DNA of 64,000 bases from Acidimicrobiales bacterium (GTDB lineage: Bacteria > Actinomycetota > Acidimicrobiia > Acidimicrobiales > JAHWKP01), in the NCBI GenBank assembly GCA_035526705.1, contig DATLBX010000150.1:3729-67728 (forward strand). The letters run 5' to 3'. The notes under the pieces were generated by a model. It was not told the origin of the DNA, searched no databases, and was given only the letters and a program-made list of their open reading frames with translations. Shown here in pieces: positions 1 through 8,697 of this stretch. How positions within the stretch are numbered: the stretch's first letter is position 1; every line of letters begins with the position of its first letter. The translations under genes and the position numbers were made by a program.

Positions 1-2290
1 TCGCCAATTGGACGCCGAGCCGTTTCAGCGAGTTCACCGTCTCCAGCAGGTCCTGACTCTCGTCGGCGAGAGCGTTCTCGGTGATCTCCAGCACCAGGCT
101 GGATGGCTCGAGGTCGGTCTTGCGCAACGCGTTGTAGACCTCGCCGAGCAGATGCGGGTGCATCACCTGGCGACCCGACAGGTTCACGCTGACGTAAAAC
201 GGCGGGTGCGTGGCATATGAAGTCTGGGAGATGTGAGCCTGACGGCAGGCCTCCATCAGGGCCCACCGCCCCAAGCTGATGACAAGGTCGCTCTCTTCCG
301 CGACGGCCAGGAACTCCGAGGGCGCGGTCATACCCCGGCCCCCCTGGTTCCAGCGCATCAAGGCCTCGGCGCCGGCAATCCGTCCGCTCGGCAGGTCCAC
401 GATCGGCTGGAAGTACAGAACGAGCTCGTCTTGTTCCAAGGCGCGGCGGAGGTCGGACTCGACCTCCATGCGGCGCCGCGCCGTGGTCTGCATGTCTTGG
501 CGGAAGACCGAGATGTTCGACTTGCCTTCGGCTTTCGCCTGGCCGAGCGCGAGGTCGGCGCTGCGCAGCAGACTCTCGGCGGTGAGCGCGGCGATGTCGC
601 CGTTCGCCACGCCGGCGCATGCGCTGATCGGGATCTCGCGCCCGTGGAGCGCGAAAGGCTCCCGGAGCCGCGCCAGGGTTCGGTCCGCCGTCGACATCGG
701 CGGGGGCTGGTCCCAACGTTCGAGCAAGATGCCGAATTCATCCGCCCCGACACGCGCCAGTGTGTCGCCCTTGCGGGACACCGCCTTGATACGGGTGGCC
801 ACTTCGATCAGCAGAAGGTCTCCTGCCGCGTGACCCAGCGTGTCATTCAGCTCGCTGAACCCGTCGACGTCGATGAGGACGACCGTAAGCAACTCGGGAC
901 TGGCGGCCAGCTTCTCAACCGCGCTACGCAGTCGGTCCAGAAACAGAACGCGGTTGCCGAGGCCGGTCAGCGGATCCTGCAACGCGCTGACGTCGAGTTG
1001 ATCGTCGAGCGGCTTGCGACCGCCGACGTCTCGGCTGCTGAGCAGGTACCCGCCGACATCCGGATGCCGTCGGAGGTCCGAGACCGTGGTCTGGGTGAGC
1101 GTCCATCGCCCGTCACCACGCTTGAGCATCAGTTCCAGGGCGGCCGGCGGCGCGGGGGGAGCCGGCGCCTTCTTCAGGAAATTCACGACGTCCTGGCGGC
1201 CGTTCGGATGGATCAGGTCTCCGAACAGCGTGCCGACGAGATCACCGGCGCGGTGGCCGAGGATGCGCTCGGAGGGTCCGGTCTGCTGGAGAATCCGACC
1301 GTCCGGCGCCACGACGGTGAGGATGTCTACGCCATGCAGCACGCTGGCCTCGAGTTGGCGGTACAGGGTGAGGTACTCCACCTGCGCCAGGAGTTGCCGC
1401 GCCACCAGGAGAACGACGATGACCCCGGCATTGGTCAAGAGGAACATGTCGAGTGGACCTTGAGTGAGCCGCCGCGCCGCGAAAACGAGGCATAGCGCGA
1501 GCGGGATCATCGGCACAAGGACGTCGGCCGCGCTGCCGGCGCGCGGCGCGGCGCTCCTTCTTTCGAATGTCGCGTCGCCGGGGAGCGCGGCGACGGCGAT
1601 CAGCAGCGTGCCGGCGATCCAGCTGACTGTCTCCAACCCCGGATCGGACGCGCCCGCGACTTCGAGGTAAGCGAAAGCGGCGTGACTGATCGTGTGAAGG
1701 CCGAAGCCGGCCATCAAGAAGACCCAGGGTCGCGTCAAGCGAAGTCGCGTGCTGCTTACGAGCAACAACGCGAGGACGGCTACGTCTCCGAGCGGATACC
1801 CGAGGGCAAGCGCCCGCTCGGGGACGCCGCCCGAGCCCAGCTGGAGGTCGCCGAGCACAGACATCCAGGCGACGAAGAGCAGAGCGCTGGCGATCAGCAG
1901 GCCATCCAACAGGGCGCGCATTCGCGCCGTGGAAGGTAGGACCGCTCCCAGAAGACTCAACACAGCGAGCGCGGCCGACAAGACGGCGACGGCGGCCGGG
2001 ACGTCCGCAGGGGATGGAACGGGGAGTGCTCTCCCGCGCGCCATTTCCGCGTACGCGGCAAGCAGGTTCGACACGGACCAACACGCGGCGGTAAACGCGA
2101 GGAGGGCCCATCCCCAGCGGAATGACGCTCGCGATCGGAAGGCGGCGTCGCCCGCGGTGACTGCCGCGAGGACTGCCGCCGCTGTCACCGCGAACCGAGT
2201 CGCGAGGTGAGCGCCGTCCGGATCGAAAATCCTCTGCGCCGCGAACGGTGTGGCCACCAGCGCGAGCGCTACTGCACCGGCGGCAACCAT
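1..2290 (-). CDS. Membrane sensor PAS-GGDEF-EAL protein (c-di-GMP turnover); 3' end cut by the window edge
   Basis: Absent from the ORF track because there is no stop in the window. My translation of the minus frame from ATG 2290 gives about 6 hydrophobic helices, then a PAS-like segment (VLHGVDILTVVAPDGRILQQ). A GGDEF domain follows (VVLIDVDGFSELNDTLGHAAGD...ARVGADEFGILL, A-site degenerate GADEF). An EAL domain (LYFQPIVDL...GAEALMRW...LEITE...LKRLGVQLA) runs off position 1. An in-frame TAG lies just upstream of 2290. Confidence 0.85.
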   Translation of the reverse strand, partial: MVAAGAVALALVATPFAAQRIFDPDGAHLATRFAVTAAAVLAAVTAGDAAFRSRASFRWGWALLAFTAACWSVSNLLAAYAEMARGRALPVPSPADVPAAVAVLSAALAVLSLLGAVLPSTARMRALLDGLLIASALLFVAWMSVLGDLQLGSGGVPERALALGYPLGDVAVLALLLVSSTRLRLTRPWVFLMAGFGLHTISHAAFAYLEVAGASDPGLETVSWIAGTLLIAVAALPGDATFERRSAAPRAGSAADVLVPMIPLALCLVFAARRLTQGPLDMFLLTNAGVIVVLLVARQLLAQVEYLTLYRQLEASVLHGVDILTVVAPDGRILQQTGPSERILGHRAGDLVGTLFGDLIHPNGRQDVVNFLKKAPAPPAPPAALELMLKRGDGRWTLTQTTVSDLRRHPDVGGYLLSSRDVGGRKPLDDQLDVSALQDPLTGLGNRVLFLDRLRSAVEKLAASPELLTVVLIDVDGFSELNDTLGHAAGDLLLIEVATRIKAVSRKGDTLARVGADEFGILLERWDQPPPMSTADRTLARLREPFALHGREIPISACAGVANGDIAALTAESLLRSADLALGQAKAEGKSNISVFRQDMQTTARRRMEVESDLRRALEQDELVLYFQPIVDLPSGRIAGAEALMRWNQGGRGMTAPSEFLAVAEESDLVISLGRWALMEACRQAHISQTSYATHPPFYVSVNLSGRQVMHPHLLGEVYNALRKTDLEPSSLVLEITENALADESQDLLETVNSLKRLGVQLA

Positions 2291-2376
2291 CGCCGCGGCT
2301 CCGGTCCGACGCGGCTCCGGATCGCGCTCGGTTTCGACGTCGATGATGCAGCGAGCCTACCGAGGCGCTACCTAAC

Positions 2377-3603
2377 TCATTGGGACTGCTGCGGCGCCGC
2401 CAGAAGTCGCGCTATGGCGAGGATGAGGTGGTCCTCCCAGGGGCGTCCGATCATCTGCACGCCGAGCGGCAGGCCTACCTCATCGGGGCCGGTTGGCATT
2501 GCCAACGCGGGCGACCCGGTCAGGCTTGCGGGCAATGTGAAGACGTAGTCCTCGCGCGTGTTCTCCCGCAGAAGCGGTGCTACGTCCGCCGCGGTCGGCG
2601 TCAGCAGGAGTTCGATTTCCTCCGAGACCGCGACGTAGTTGTTCCGGAATTCATCCCAGTTCTCGAGCTGCTGATCGACAGCCTCTCCGGTGAGTTCGTG
2701 GCGTTCCCAGTAACGCAACGTGATGTCCATGGCGGGGACTAGCCAGGGCATGGGCCAGTCGGTCCTTTCGAGGCCGGCGGCCTCGAGACGGCGCGCCGCG
2801 GCTTCGACCGCGGCCGCGGCCGCCGGTGCTGCGGTCCACGGTCCTTCTCCGGTGAGCACGGCGAAGCGCTTGCCCTCGAGCGGTTGGAACTCGCTGCTTT
2901 GCAGCGGCACCGGTGCCACGCCGGCATCTCGAAAGTCGGGACCAGCGATGACTTGCAGCGCGAGTTCGAGGTCGTCGACGGAGCGCGCCAGCGGACCGAT
3001 CTGGGTGCGACCGTCACTCAACGCGCCAAAGGCGGGGAAGTGCCCCGTGCCGGGCACCCGTCCCGATGTTGGCTTCAGTCCGAACACCCCGCACCAGCCG
3101 GCGGGGAGCCTGATGCTTCCGCCGGAATCACTGCCGATCCCGAGTGGGGAAGCGCCCGCCGCTACGACGCAAGCCTCGCCGCTGCTGGAGCCTCCGGGAG
3201 TCCGGGTGGAGTCAAACGGGTGGCGCACCGCAGGTCCGCTGCCAGACGCCCGGGTCTTGCCCAACACGACGGCGCCGGCGGCTCGTAGCCTCGAAACGAC
3301 GGTCGCATCGTTCGCGGGCCATCGGTCGAATGCGCCCCGGTTCCCGGCGCATGGAAATCCTTCGACATCGATCCAGTCTTTGACCGTGATGGGGAGCCCG
3401 TGGAGGAGCCCGACGGGACCAGCCTTCGCAAATGCTTCGTCGAGACGCGCCGCGTCGGACAGGGCCCGCTCGTCGTCGAAGGCGATCACCGCGCTGGTGG
3501 CCTCCTCGACTTGATGAAACAGCTCGAGATGCGCGGCGACCACTTCAGTCGCCGAGACATCCCCGCTCCGAACCTCCGCAAGCAGTTCTACGGCGGACTT
3601 CAT
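2377..3603 (-). CDS. Amidase (amidase-signature family, GatA-like)
   Basis: Amidase signature GGSSSGEACVVAAGASPLGIGSDSGGSIRLPA. The track start 3642 would overlap the tRNA, so I place the start at ATG 3603 (MKSAVELL), 6 nt from the tRNA 3' end. Confidence 0.85.
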   Translation of the reverse strand: MKSAVELLAEVRSGDVSATEVVAAHLELFHQVEEATSAVIAFDDERALSDAARLDEAFAKAGPVGLLHGLPITVKDWIDVEGFPCAGNRGAFDRWPANDATVVSRLRAAGAVVLGKTRASGSGPAVRHPFDSTRTPGGSSSGEACVVAAGASPLGIGSDSGGSIRLPAGWCGVFGLKPTSGRVPGTGHFPAFGALSDGRTQIGPLARSVDDLELALQVIAGPDFRDAGVAPVPLQSSEFQPLEGKRFAVLTGEGPWTAAPAAAAAVEAAARRLEAAGLERTDWPMPWLVPAMDITLRYWERHELTGEAVDQQLENWDEFRNNYVAVSEEIELLLTPTAADVAPLLRENTREDYVFTLPASLTGSPALAMPTGPDEVGLPLGVQMIGRPWEDHLILAIARLLAAPQQSQ

Positions 3604-3609
3604 CGGGCG

Positions 3610-3686
3610 TGGTGGGCGCGGAGGGACTCGAACCCCCGACATCTGCCTTGTAAGGGCAGCGCTCTAGCCAACTGAGCTACGCGCCC
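3610..3686 (-). tRNA. tRNA-Val (anticodon TAC), CCA encoded
   Basis: The reverse complement folds as a cloverleaf. Acceptor GGGCGCG/CGCGCCC, D arm GCTC-AGTTGGCTA-GAGC, anticodon stem CTGCC/GGCAG with loop CTTACAA, T arm with TTCGAGT, then ACCA. Confidence 0.9.
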
Positions 3687-3784
3687 GCAACGCAACAGGT
3701 TACGGGCGCGTAGCTCATGGCCTGGCCTGTCACCCCTTCCCTGATCACCATGGCGAAGGGCTCGGGGCCCCCGCACTGCACTGG

Positions 3785-4099
3785 CTAGGCGATCTCGGGA
3801 AGAGGGACAGGGTTCTTCGGCGGGCGACCCCGCTTGCGCTTGAAAGCCAGGATCTTCCCGTTGAAGAAGAGCTGGCCACCCCACACGCCCCACGGCTCGG
3901 AGCGCTGCATTGCGCCGTCGAGACATGCCTGGCGAACCGGGCATGGGATGCAGATGGCCTTGGCCCTGGCTATGTCGAGAGGCTCTTCCGAGAAGAAGAG
4001 TCCGGTCAGGGCGCCTTCGTCCGTTCGGCAACGGGCTCGGCGCCAATCTGGGTTTGCCTCGTTTTCTGGTTCCTGTATCAGCTGCTCGATGGCGATCAT
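3785..4099 (-). CDS. whiB7: WhiB7-type (WblC-like) Fe-S transcriptional activator with C-terminal AT-hook
   Basis: Four Cys (C...CIPCPVRQAC), the EPWGVWGG turn and a C-terminal KRKRGRPPKNP AT-hook. It matches my recollection of M. tuberculosis WhiB7 (CVSCPIRRQC...EPWGVWGG...RPRGRPRK). Confidence 0.85.
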   Translation of the reverse strand: MIAIEQLIQEPENEANPDWRRARCRTDEGALTGLFFSEEPLDIARAKAICIPCPVRQACLDGAMQRSEPWGVWGGQLFFNGKILAFKRKRGRPPKNPVPLPEIA

Positions 4100-4164
4100 C
4101 TCGCCTGCTCCGTTCTGGGTGCTGGCTGGAAGCCAACCTCCGTGTCTTCGATGACGTTTGGGGC

Positions 4165-4197
4165 ATAGAAAAAGGCCGCCGGGGAATCCCGGCGGCC
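4165..4197 (-). terminator. Intrinsic terminator/attenuator inside the whiB7 leader
   Basis: On the minus strand: GGCCGCCGGG-ATTC-CCCGGCGGCC (10-bp GC stem, 4174-4183/4188-4197) followed by TTTTTCT. It lies about 70 nt upstream of the whiB7 ATG and about 30 nt downstream of the candidate uORF stop. Confidence 0.7.
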
Positions 4198-4227
4198 TCA
4201 GGCCTTGGCGAGGAGGGGGGACTGGAA

Positions 4228-4428
4228 CTAACCGGTCGTTTCTCCTGCCGAGTCCGTCGGCCGCAGGTTGCTGCCAAGAACTGCGACTCCGTACACGGAG
4301 CCGGAGGCTCCGAGGGTCATGGAGCCGAGTCCCGGCAACACAAACGGGGTCACGCCACGCGTGCGCGGGCGCGCGGCCACCGCGGCACCTGCGTTCGTGG
4401 GCATCGCCCGATTGAGCCTGCTGAGCAT
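4228..4428 (-). CDS. Candidate leader uORF of whiB7 (66 codons)
   Basis: ATG 4428 is preceded by AAGGAG (4448-4443, 14-nt spacer). The ORF ends just before the attenuator hairpin. The call rests on position only; there is no recognisable domain. Confidence 0.3.
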   Translation of the reverse strand: MLSRLNRAMPTNAGAAVAARPRTRGVTPFVLPGLGSMTLGASGSVYGVAVLGSNLRPTDSAGETTG

Positions 4429-4520
4429 CGCTGTCTGTGCTTCTCCTTATGTTCCGAGCGGTGTCCCGCTTGGATGTCTGCTGGTCGGCGCGGCGGCCGG
4501 GTTGCTACTCCGGCTGGAGA

Positions 4521-4558
4521 ATACGAACAGATCGGGCGCGTGCTGTCAATTGATTAAC
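4521..4558 (-). promoter_or_regulatory. Putative whiB7 promoter with an AT-rich WhiB7 site abutting the -35
   Basis: Minus strand reads GTTAATCAA-TTGACA-N14-TGT-TCGTAT. The AT-rich 9-mer directly abuts a perfect -35, and there is an extended -10-like TGn plus a weak hexamer. The site overlaps the stop codon of the upstream IMPase gene. Confidence 0.45.
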
Positions 4559-5339
4559 GGGTAGCGGGCGGCGCCAGGTAGCGAGCGTGTGAGGCGAGCA
4601 GCTCGTCGAGCAGTGCCGGCGTGGCGGCCGCGACCGGACCACGTCGCTCGGCCGGATCTCGCACGAGCAGCTCGCGCCGTCCGACTTCGCCTACGACAGC
4701 ACCGGCCTCCGTGCAGATGAGCGATGCCGCCAGGTAGTCCCACACTCCGTGGATTCCCACTGGTGTGCAGTCGATGTAGCCGTCCAGAACCCCGGCGGCG
4801 ACGGCGCACATATCGAGCGCGGCTGCCCCGAGCGCCCGGAATTGCCGCCACCCGAAGTGCGCCCGCGGCCAGGCGGTGAGGCCAATGAGCGACTCCGACA
4901 GCTCCTCTTTGCCCGACGGCGCGATCGCCACTCCGTCGACGGTGGCGCCCCGGCCTCGTCGGGCTTCGAAGCGAATGTTCGTCGCCTGGTTCGCCACTAC
5001 GGCGACGACGGGTCCTTCATCGTCGACGATGCAAATCGCGGTGGCGTACCAAGGCACGCGGTGCCACGCGTTGGTGGATCCGTCGAGTGGGTCGACCACC
5101 GCAAGGAGCGACCCCTCGGCGGGGGTTATGCCGCTCTCCTCGGAAAGGACGGTGAGACCCGAGGCGGTGAGCACCTCGAGCGCGGCAGCGTCGGCCACGA
5201 GGTCGGAGTAGTGCTGCCCGGGCCGGGTGCCGGCGAGGCCCCAGTCGTCGATGCCCGAGAGCGCGGTGGATACCGCGTCGCAGACCTCGTGCAGTACCGC
5301 CAGAAGCGCGCTGTCGTCAGGGGTTTTGTGTTGCGTCAT
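4554..5339 (-). CDS. Inositol monophosphatase family protein (SuhB/ImpA/HisN-like)
   Basis: Family motifs VVDPLDGSTNA and WDYLAASLI; length 261 aa. Confidence 0.8.
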   Translation of the reverse strand: MTQHKTPDDSALLAVLHEVCDAVSTALSGIDDWGLAGTRPGQHYSDLVADAAALEVLTASGLTVLSEESGITPAEGSLLAVVDPLDGSTNAWHRVPWYATAICIVDDEGPVVAVVANQATNIRFEARRGRGATVDGVAIAPSGKEELSESLIGLTAWPRAHFGWRQFRALGAAALDMCAVAAGVLDGYIDCTPVGIHGVWDYLAASLICTEAGAVVGEVGRRELLVRDPAERRGPVAAATPALLDELLASHARYLAPPATR

Positions 5340-5396
5340 GGGTGGCGCTGACGCTAGAGCCGGCCAGTAGCCATTGCGGCACTACCCTCGCCGCGA

Positions 5397-5960
5397 GTGG
5401 CAGCGATCGATGTGGCGGGGTACGTAGCGGAGCTCAAGGACCACGCCGTCGACCATGGGTTTCACGTTCACGACGAGCGTCACTTCGTCGAGACGTATTC
5501 GTTGCGGCAGGCGTGGGAGGTGGACCTGCATCCCGAGGAGGGGTGCGGCGGTCCGTTGGACCTCCACCTGTCGTTGGAGGTCGATCCTCGGGTGCTGCTG
5601 GCCTTCGAGGACATCGTCATGAATCTGGGCGAGGACGACGACCCGCCCGATGAGTTCCAGTTCCCGTTGACGTTCACCTGGGCGCTGCCACACCTGCCGA
5701 ACGGTCCGGACTTGTTGACCTTGACCCTCGACCTCGCTGCGGTGGGTGGAATTGAGCTGCCGCTGGAGGTATCAGCCGGCGAGGTGTTCCCGTCCGCTAC
5801 GGATGGGCGGGAACGGCGAATCACGGTCGCGGCGCGACAACAGGTTTCGCTCGCTCGGGTGCTGAACGGCGAGGAACTGCTGTGCGCCGTGTTCGACCGG
5901 TGTCTTGCCGTGAGTCACTGGATCCTCGAGCAAGCGCCGGGCTGGCTCGAGGAAGAGTGA
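5397..5960 (+). CDS. Hypothetical acidic protein
   Basis: 187-codon ORF starting at GTG, with protein-like (not Arg/Pro-shadow) composition. It fills the gap between divergent neighbours. No domain recognised. Confidence 0.5.
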   Translation: MAAIDVAGYVAELKDHAVDHGFHVHDERHFVETYSLRQAWEVDLHPEEGCGGPLDLHLSLEVDPRVLLAFEDIVMNLGEDDDPPDEFQFPLTFTWALPHLPNGPDLLTLTLDLAAVGGIELPLEVSAGEVFPSATDGRERRITVAARQQVSLARVLNGEELLCAVFDRCLAVSHWILEQAPGWLEEE

Positions 5961-5961
5961 C

Positions 5962-6750
5962 CTAGTCCTGGTCCTCGTCCTCGAAGGACTCCACCCGGAT
6001 GGTGGTTTCCACGGTTTCGGTGGTCCGTTCCTCAGCCCTGGGTGCGGCAGCCTCCAGCAGGTCGACGATGCGGTGACGCGTGTCGAGCAGGAGCTGCTGG
6101 ATCTCGCGCCGCGTGTCCTTGTCGGGCGGGAACTCACGGGCCGCCGTGCCCACCTCATCGATGAAGGCACGCAGGTCGCCACGCAGCGAGCTGGGCGAGT
6201 CGTCCCGACCACGGCCCGGGCCTCGGCCTCGTGCCTCGCGGCGCAGGACACGGATGGCTTCGCGGTCCTCCTCATGGAACTTGCGAGCCGCGTCTCGCAT
6301 GCCGGCACGGTTCACCCTGATCTTGCGGATCGCGTCATCACGTCCGCCGATGACGCGGCGAAAGAGCTCGTCGCGGTCGGCGTTGCTGCCGAAGGTGACT
6401 CCGATTCCTTCGATTAGGGGCTTCACTCCGGCGATCACGGTGTCCGCCAGGCCGGCAGCCCAATCGCCCACGCGCTCTTCCAGGTCGTCGATCTCTTCTT
6501 TGCGGTCTTCCAACTCGCGTTCTCCTTTTTCTGTAATGCGGTAGACCTTGCGGCCGTCCTCGCTGTCGTGGGCGATGAGCCCCTCTTCTTCGAGAGCGCT
6601 GAGCCGGGGATAGATCGCGCCGGCGGAAGGGACGTACGCGCCGAGGAACCGTTCCTCGAGCAGGCGTATGAGCTCGTAGCCGTACCTGGGATTTTCGGCG
6701 AGGAGCTTCAGCAAGTAGAGCTTCATGTCTCCGTACCCGAATATCGGCAT
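5962..6750 (-). CDS. PadR family transcriptional regulator with extended C-terminal helical domain
   Basis: N-terminal winged-HTH typical of PadR: LYLLKLLAENPRYGYELIRLLEE...IYPRLSALEEEGLI...VYRITEKGERELE. Confidence 0.8.
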   Translation of the reverse strand: MPIFGYGDMKLYLLKLLAENPRYGYELIRLLEERFLGAYVPSAGAIYPRLSALEEEGLIAHDSEDGRKVYRITEKGERELEDRKEEIDDLEERVGDWAAGLADTVIAGVKPLIEGIGVTFGSNADRDELFRRVIGGRDDAIRKIRVNRAGMRDAARKFHEEDREAIRVLRREARGRGPGRGRDDSPSSLRGDLRAFIDEVGTAAREFPPDKDTRREIQQLLLDTRHRIVDLLEAAAPRAEERTTETVETTIRVESFEDEDQD

Positions 6751-6822
6751 TTCGCGTCTCCTACTCGTTACTCGTTACGCGCTATCGCGTTGTCTACAAC
6801 CTAGGGACGGCTGTCCTCGACG

Positions 6823-7509
6823 TCAAGCGCGATTACTTGTTAGGTCCGCGATTACTCGTTGTAAGGGTCGACCAGCCAGGGAGGGCAGCACGAGGTCCGC
6901 GGCGGCCAGGTCGAGAGAAGCGGTCAATTCATGCGGCACTGCGATGCAGTACATCCCGGCCGCCTTGGCGGCGAGAACCCCGTTCGGAGAGTCCTCGACG
7001 GCCAGGGCGCGGCGTGGATCGACCCCGAGGGCATCGCAGGCCCGTAGGTACAGGTCGGGCTCGGGCTTGGCCGGTACTCCCTCCCGTCGACAGCTGATGT
7101 GGCCGAAGCGGTCCGCCAAGGCGAGGCGGGTCAGATGGCCGTTGACCCAGTCATGGCTGGAGCTCGAGGCGACGGCGATGGCGAGACCGAGCTCGGCCGC
7201 TTCATTGATCCAGTCGCGAATGCCGGGCAGGAGCGTGTCGACATCGGTGAGCTCATCTTTGCGAGCTCGGATCCGGGTGAGGAGCTCGGTTTCGTCGAAG
7301 GCGGCGCCCTTCGCGGTGAGGTCTTCCACGGGATCGAATCCTCCATGGGTGCCGAGGCAGGTCGCCCACTCTTCGATCGTCAACTCCAGCCCGTGCTCGG
7401 TGTAGGCCTCGCACCACGCGTGGAAGTACGGCGTTTCCGTATCGAGCATCGTGCCGTCGAAATCAAAGACGACCGCGTCGACGCCGCGAGCCGGAGCCGT
7501 AGGGTTCAT
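6823..7509 (-). CDS. HAD-superfamily hydrolase (beta-phosphoglucomutase-like subfamily IA)
   Basis: Motif I VVFDFDGTMLDTE and C-terminal VEDSPNGVLAAKAAGM. Confidence 0.8.
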   Translation of the reverse strand: MNPTAPARGVDAVVFDFDGTMLDTETPYFHAWCEAYTEHGLELTIEEWATCLGTHGGFDPVEDLTAKGAAFDETELLTRIRARKDELTDVDTLLPGIRDWINEAAELGLAIAVASSSSHDWVNGHLTRLALADRFGHISCRREGVPAKPEPDLYLRACDALGVDPRRALAVEDSPNGVLAAKAAGMYCIAVPHELTASLDLAAADLVLPSLAGRPLQRVIADLTSNRA

Positions 7510-7513
7510 TACG

Positions 7514-7585
7514 TGGGCCCGGGAGGGATCGAACCTCCGACCTAAGGATTATGAGTCCCCTGCTCTACCACTGAGCTACGGGCCC
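7514..7585 (-). tRNA. tRNA with CAT anticodon (elongator Met or lysidine-modified Ile2); no encoded CCA
   Basis: Cloverleaf: acceptor GGGCCCG/CGGGCCC, D arm GCTC-AGTGGTA-GAGC, anticodon loop CTCATAA, T arm GGAGG-TTCGATC-CCTCC. A G1-C72 pair argues against an initiator. Confidence 0.85.
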
Positions 7586-7626
7586 AACATCCCGCTCCGC
7601 GAGCCAAAGGGCTCAGGGTCGGGCTT

Positions 7627-7701
7627 GGCTCCGGGGGTGGGACTCGAACCCACAACAATTCGGTTAACAGCCGAGCGCTCTGCCAATTGAGCTACCCCGG
7701 A
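7627..7701 (-). tRNA. tRNA-Asn (anticodon GTT), CCA encoded
   Basis: Cloverleaf: acceptor TCCGGGG/CCCCGGA, D arm GCTC-AATTGGCA-GAGC, anticodon loop CTGTTAA, T arm GTGGG-TTCGAGT-CCCAC, then GCCA. Confidence 0.9.
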
Positions 7702-8348
7702 AAGGCCTCACACGATAGCAACGCCCCTACAAGTCCCATGATCGATCTATGAGTACGGGTGCAGTTGTACGTCACGCTCGGGCAGCCCATGGGGTGCTTC
7801 GACACTCGGATAGATGCATCCGGCACGGCCCGATACGCCTTGCCGAACTGGTTCCGGGGGATTCGGGTTAGGTCTGACCAAAACCGCTCCGCTGCTTCTA
7901 GGTCAAGTCCCTCATGCAAATAGAGCCGCAGTCGGAGCCGGCTCTCGTCCACGCCCCAGAACCGGCGCAACCAAGTACAAAAGAACAGCACCATCTGCGG
8001 ATTGGTGTTCGTGAACTTCACGTCACCATCGGTCTTGGCTCCTTCACCTGCATAAAGAGCCGTCCCGGCGATGAAGAAGTCCCTTTCCGTCATCTGACCG
8101 ATTCGTTCAAGCCCTTCCGCTGTCAGGCGCCGAATCTCTTCTTGCTTGCGACGCATTGGGCCGGTGGGCGGGCGGCCCGGTTCCCAGCGGCGGTAGTTGG
8201 GGCGGCGGGCGACGAAGGGGACATCGCGGACCCATAGGGAGACGGAGGATTTGGCAACACCGAGTTCTTCGGCGATCTCGAACAGGGTGCCATCGGCCCG
8301 CAAATCCCGGGCGCGATTCTGTTCGGCGACCTTGCCGCGGTAGCCCAT
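7692..8348 (-). CDS. HTH protein with LAGLIDADG-like (homing-endonuclease-type) core
   Basis: N-terminal HTH (LFEIAEELGVAKSSVSLWVRDV). It is followed by FIAGTALYAGEGAK, which resembles a single LAGLIDADG motif. The last 10 nt overlap the tRNA-Asn 5' end. GC is lower than in the flanks. Confidence 0.45.
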   Translation of the reverse strand: MGYRGKVAEQNRARDLRADGTLFEIAEELGVAKSSVSLWVRDVPFVARRPNYRRWEPGRPPTGPMRRKQEEIRRLTAEGLERIGQMTERDFFIAGTALYAGEGAKTDGDVKFTNTNPQMVLFFCTWLRRFWGVDESRLRLRLYLHEGLDLEAAERFWSDLTRIPRNQFGKAYRAVPDASIRVSKHPMGCPSVTYNCTRTHRSIMGLVGALLSCEAFPG

Positions 8349-8394
8349 CTACGCAGTGGAAACAGGTCGAACATGCGTTCTATCTTAAGAAGGG

Positions 8395-8694
8395 GTGGTG
8401 ACAGGGCAAGATGAACCCATGAGATTCAGACTTGGAGTTCTGGCCGGATTCGGTGCGGGTTATTACCTGGGTGCGAAGGCGGGCCGGGAGCGGTACCACG
8501 AGATCAACCAGTGGATGGGCCGGGCCAAGGAGTCCGACGTCTTGGAGACCGTCGCCGACAAGGCGAAGGCGGCGACCGACCTCGGCATGGAGCGCGCCAA
8601 GGACCTCGTCGACGGCGCTTTCAACAAGGACGGCTCCCCCGCTTCAGGCACCGGTACGGAGGCCGGGTTCGCCAGCCGCAACCAGAACCCCTAG
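8395..8694 (+). CDS. Small YtxH-like membrane-associated protein
   Basis: Gly-zipper helix RLGVLAGFGAGYYLGAKAG followed by an amphipathic Lys/Ala-rich tail. Alternative start at ATG 8419. Confidence 0.55.
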   Translation: MVTGQDEPMRFRLGVLAGFGAGYYLGAKAGRERYHEINQWMGRAKESDVLETVADKAKAATDLGMERAKDLVDGAFNKDGSPASGTGTEAGFASRNQNP

Positions 8695-8697
8695 GGC

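Noticed and set aside
233-1495. 420-aa plus-strand ORF (and nested ORFs 279..833, 1014..1463, 1242..2111)
   Set aside because: It is the antisense or off-frame shadow of the PAS-GGDEF-EAL gene, whose minus-frame translation shows clear domain motifs. The shadow ORFs have Arg/Gly/Pro/Ala-biased composition and no motifs.
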